The position numbers were made by a program, and so were the translations under genes. A stretch of DNA of 64,000 nt from Phoronis australis. Lineage: Eukaryota > Animalia > Phoronida. The stretch spans positions 192,996-256,995 of the forward strand of contig NMRA01000598.1 of assembly GCA_002633005.1 (NCBI GenBank), in the 5' to 3' direction. Below the pieces are notes generated by a model that was given only the letters and a program-made list of their open reading frames with translations, searched no databases and was not told the origin of the DNA. This document shows positions 62,003 through 64,000 of this stretch, one piece after another; within the stretch, counting starts at the first letter, position 1; each line of letters begins with the position of its first letter.

Positions 62003-63300
62003 TCATTGATGAACTTTGGCCAAGTGTGACGGGACGTTCGTAACTTTACGCTTATGATCCATTGGCAAAGTTTTCAACAGATTATGCAATGTGCGATTAA
62101 AACGCTCACACTGTGAATTTCCCTCAGGATGATATGGGGTTGTACGGGATTTCTGAATGTCATATAATTTACACAACTGTTTAACCAGATCACTTTCAAA
62201 ATTGCGACCCTGATCGCTATGAATCCTGTCCGGAATACCGAACTTATTGAACCATTGCTCAGTCAGAGATAATTTACACAACTGTTTAACCAGATCGCTT
62301 TCAAAATTGAGACCCTCATCGCTATGAATCCTGTCCGGAATACCTACATGTAACGTATCGAACCATTGCCCAGTCAAAGCCTTGTCAACAGTCAGGGCAA
62401 TTTGATTGCGAGTCACAACAACCTGCGTTAACTTCGAAAATACGCGGTCAGTCATCACTGAGACGTTTTCCCTACCGTCACTGGACGGCTCAAGAACAGT
62501 AAAATCAACGGCTAACCATAGGCAGATCTACAGGGGAGGTTCAGGGCATTCAACCCCCCCCCCCCNCGGGACAGGATCAAAAATAAAAATTGAAAAAATT
62601 CGCCAGAAAAACGAAACCAGCTACTAAAAACCGCAAAAAACCTTAGACGGGAGGGTGGAGCCCCTCCCGACATTCCTTCCTCTCGGCGCTACGCACTGAC
62701 CTCAGATTCACTCGAATCCTAACACCTACCCGCCCCCGTTACTGAAAACGTAGATCTGCCACTGCTAACACTTCATTGGGTCTACATACTGACAAGTGAC
62801 TCATGATCGTCCTCGGTTTCTTTTAACGATTACTAATCAAAGCACATGTTCTCTCCTACCCTTGGTGCCCAGCTGCATCATGTAGAGACACCATAATTTC
62901 ATTTCGTAGCGACTGTGGCACACTTACACAACTAACATACTAACAACTTCATTACCAACTGACGAAACCCTGTTTATGAACACCTTTCTCCGATCTAAGT
63001 ACAGGTCATTCCAATACCTCAAAAATTTCCGTACACCGCTATTTGCAGTGTCACCAGGCTTACGTTTTGCTCGCAAGCATTCCATCACGTCACCAAGAAT
63101 ACTATCATTTCGTTGTAAATTCACTAACTCGGTGTTATGTAGGGCAGGGAACGACGACGAAGTGTCCAACCCACTCCGTGTTGTAACTCCACAAAGCCAA
63201 GTCTGGCCGTGATCAGGCCACGCTATCATGATTCTTGACAACGCGTCAGCGTCTAAGTTCGAGTTACCAGTCTTGTACACAATCTGATAATTAATTTGGC
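62003..63300 (-). pseudogene. Gypsy/Ty3 pol fragment (RNase H end and integrase)
   Basis: IVYKTGNSNLDADALSR, Q..D..L, HDAAGHQG zinc finger, [17 protein letters not shown] and [21 protein letters not shown]. It has an internal duplication (period 105) and a MITE insertion. Confidence 0.85.
62517..62764 (-). mobile_element. CAGTGGCAGATCTAC-type MITE, copy 3, with 5-bp TSD
   Basis: CATAGGCAGATCTAC ... GTAGATCTGCCACTG, flanked by CTAAC on both sides. Removing it restores the integrase peptide EVLAVDF. Confidence 0.8.
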
Positions 63301-63603
63301 GTATACAGTTTTTATTGTTTATTTCCAATTTCTAAAACATATATTTTTAGAAACTGCCGAGTGACATGATGTCACCCGCCCTGGTGGATGGAAGTCGGGA
63401 TGAAATAGTCCACAAGTTTTCATTTTATTCATCATACAGTTTTCTACAGAATCGAAAAAAATGGGGTCTGTGAAGTCTGGATTCTCAGTTAAAACTCAAT
63501 GAGAACTGTACAGTTACTCCCCCGTCGGCGTACCGCATAAGTGGTCTAGGATATAATGTAGTGTGAACAAATACTCGGTTGTGTATTCTATAAACTTGCT
63601 TAC

Positions 63604-63767
63604 CAGCCTGTTATGTTGAAAACTTCCAAAGCAGTCGTTGGAGTTAGGTCGGTGAAAGGGTCTTCCACTAATCTGCTCTTGGCGAACCAATTCATTTTGG
63701 TGGAGTCTATGCCATCGAAAATTATTTTGAATACTTCCACCCCTTTGTCGAAGAAGCTGAATCTAAC
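63604..63767 (-). CDS. Internal exon of an uncharacterised invertebrate extracellular-type protein entering from the right
   Basis: TTTCAG|VRFSFFDKGVEVFKIIFDGIDSTKMNWFAKSRLVEDPFTDLTPTTALEVFNITG|GTAAGC. It resembles a recalled marine-invertebrate domain (V..L...G.E...I.FDG..S...WF...R.....W.DL....F.I.G). No downstream exon was identified. Confidence 0.55.
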
Positions 63768-63841
63768 CTGAAATACAACCATTAAATATTGAGCTTTGTC
63801 AATACGCAAACAGAAGCGAATTCACTGGGAAATAATGGGAT

Positions 63842-63918
63842 GGTACTTGTTGCTAAGGTCGGTACTTGTTGCCAAGGTCGGTACTTGTTGCTAAGGTCGG
63901 TACTTGTTACTAAGGTCT
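63842..63918. repeat. 19-bp tandem repeat x4
   Basis: Unit GGTACTTGTTGCTAAGGTC with single substitutions. Confidence 0.85.
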
Positions 63919-64000
63919 GTACACTTTGCTTTAAAGTCACTATTTCCTTTACTTTCGCCTGCTTAGATCACAAATTGAGCTTTGCCAATCGAAAGATATC

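Noticed and set aside
60215-62570. Single Ns at 60229 and 62566 as biological features
   Set aside because: Both lie in G or C homopolymer runs of MITEs, typical of assembly breaks.

Overview
AT-rich genomic DNA from an invertebrate animal, probably a marine bilaterian (inferred from spliceosomal introns and the transposon repertoire). Host genes: a divergent class A GPCR (5394-6317 +), a TTC22/IFIT-like TPR gene with one coding exon (27503-28885 +), a complete five-exon ARL15 orthologue (35630-52191 -, missed as a whole by the ORF track) and one isolated exon near the right edge (63604-63767 -). Most of the rest is transposon-derived: a decayed BEL/Pao LTR retrotransposon broken by N gaps, Penelope-like, CR1/L2 LINE, Gypsy and Academ relics, a Sola-like element and many MITEs. 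The most unusual signal is three Helentron-associated (HINE/DINE-1-like) elements in and just downstream of ARL15, whose internal ~145-160 bp repeats each carry a co-oriented CTCF-like motif. Other highlights are ISRE/GAS-like sites before the TTC22/IFIT-like gene, two apparent introns inside the BEL LTR, several CA-ended MITEs with 5-bp target duplications, and a long MULE-like hairpin beside the ARL15 exon-1 donor. All family calls come from recalled motifs; no searches were run, and boundaries of degraded elements are approximate.
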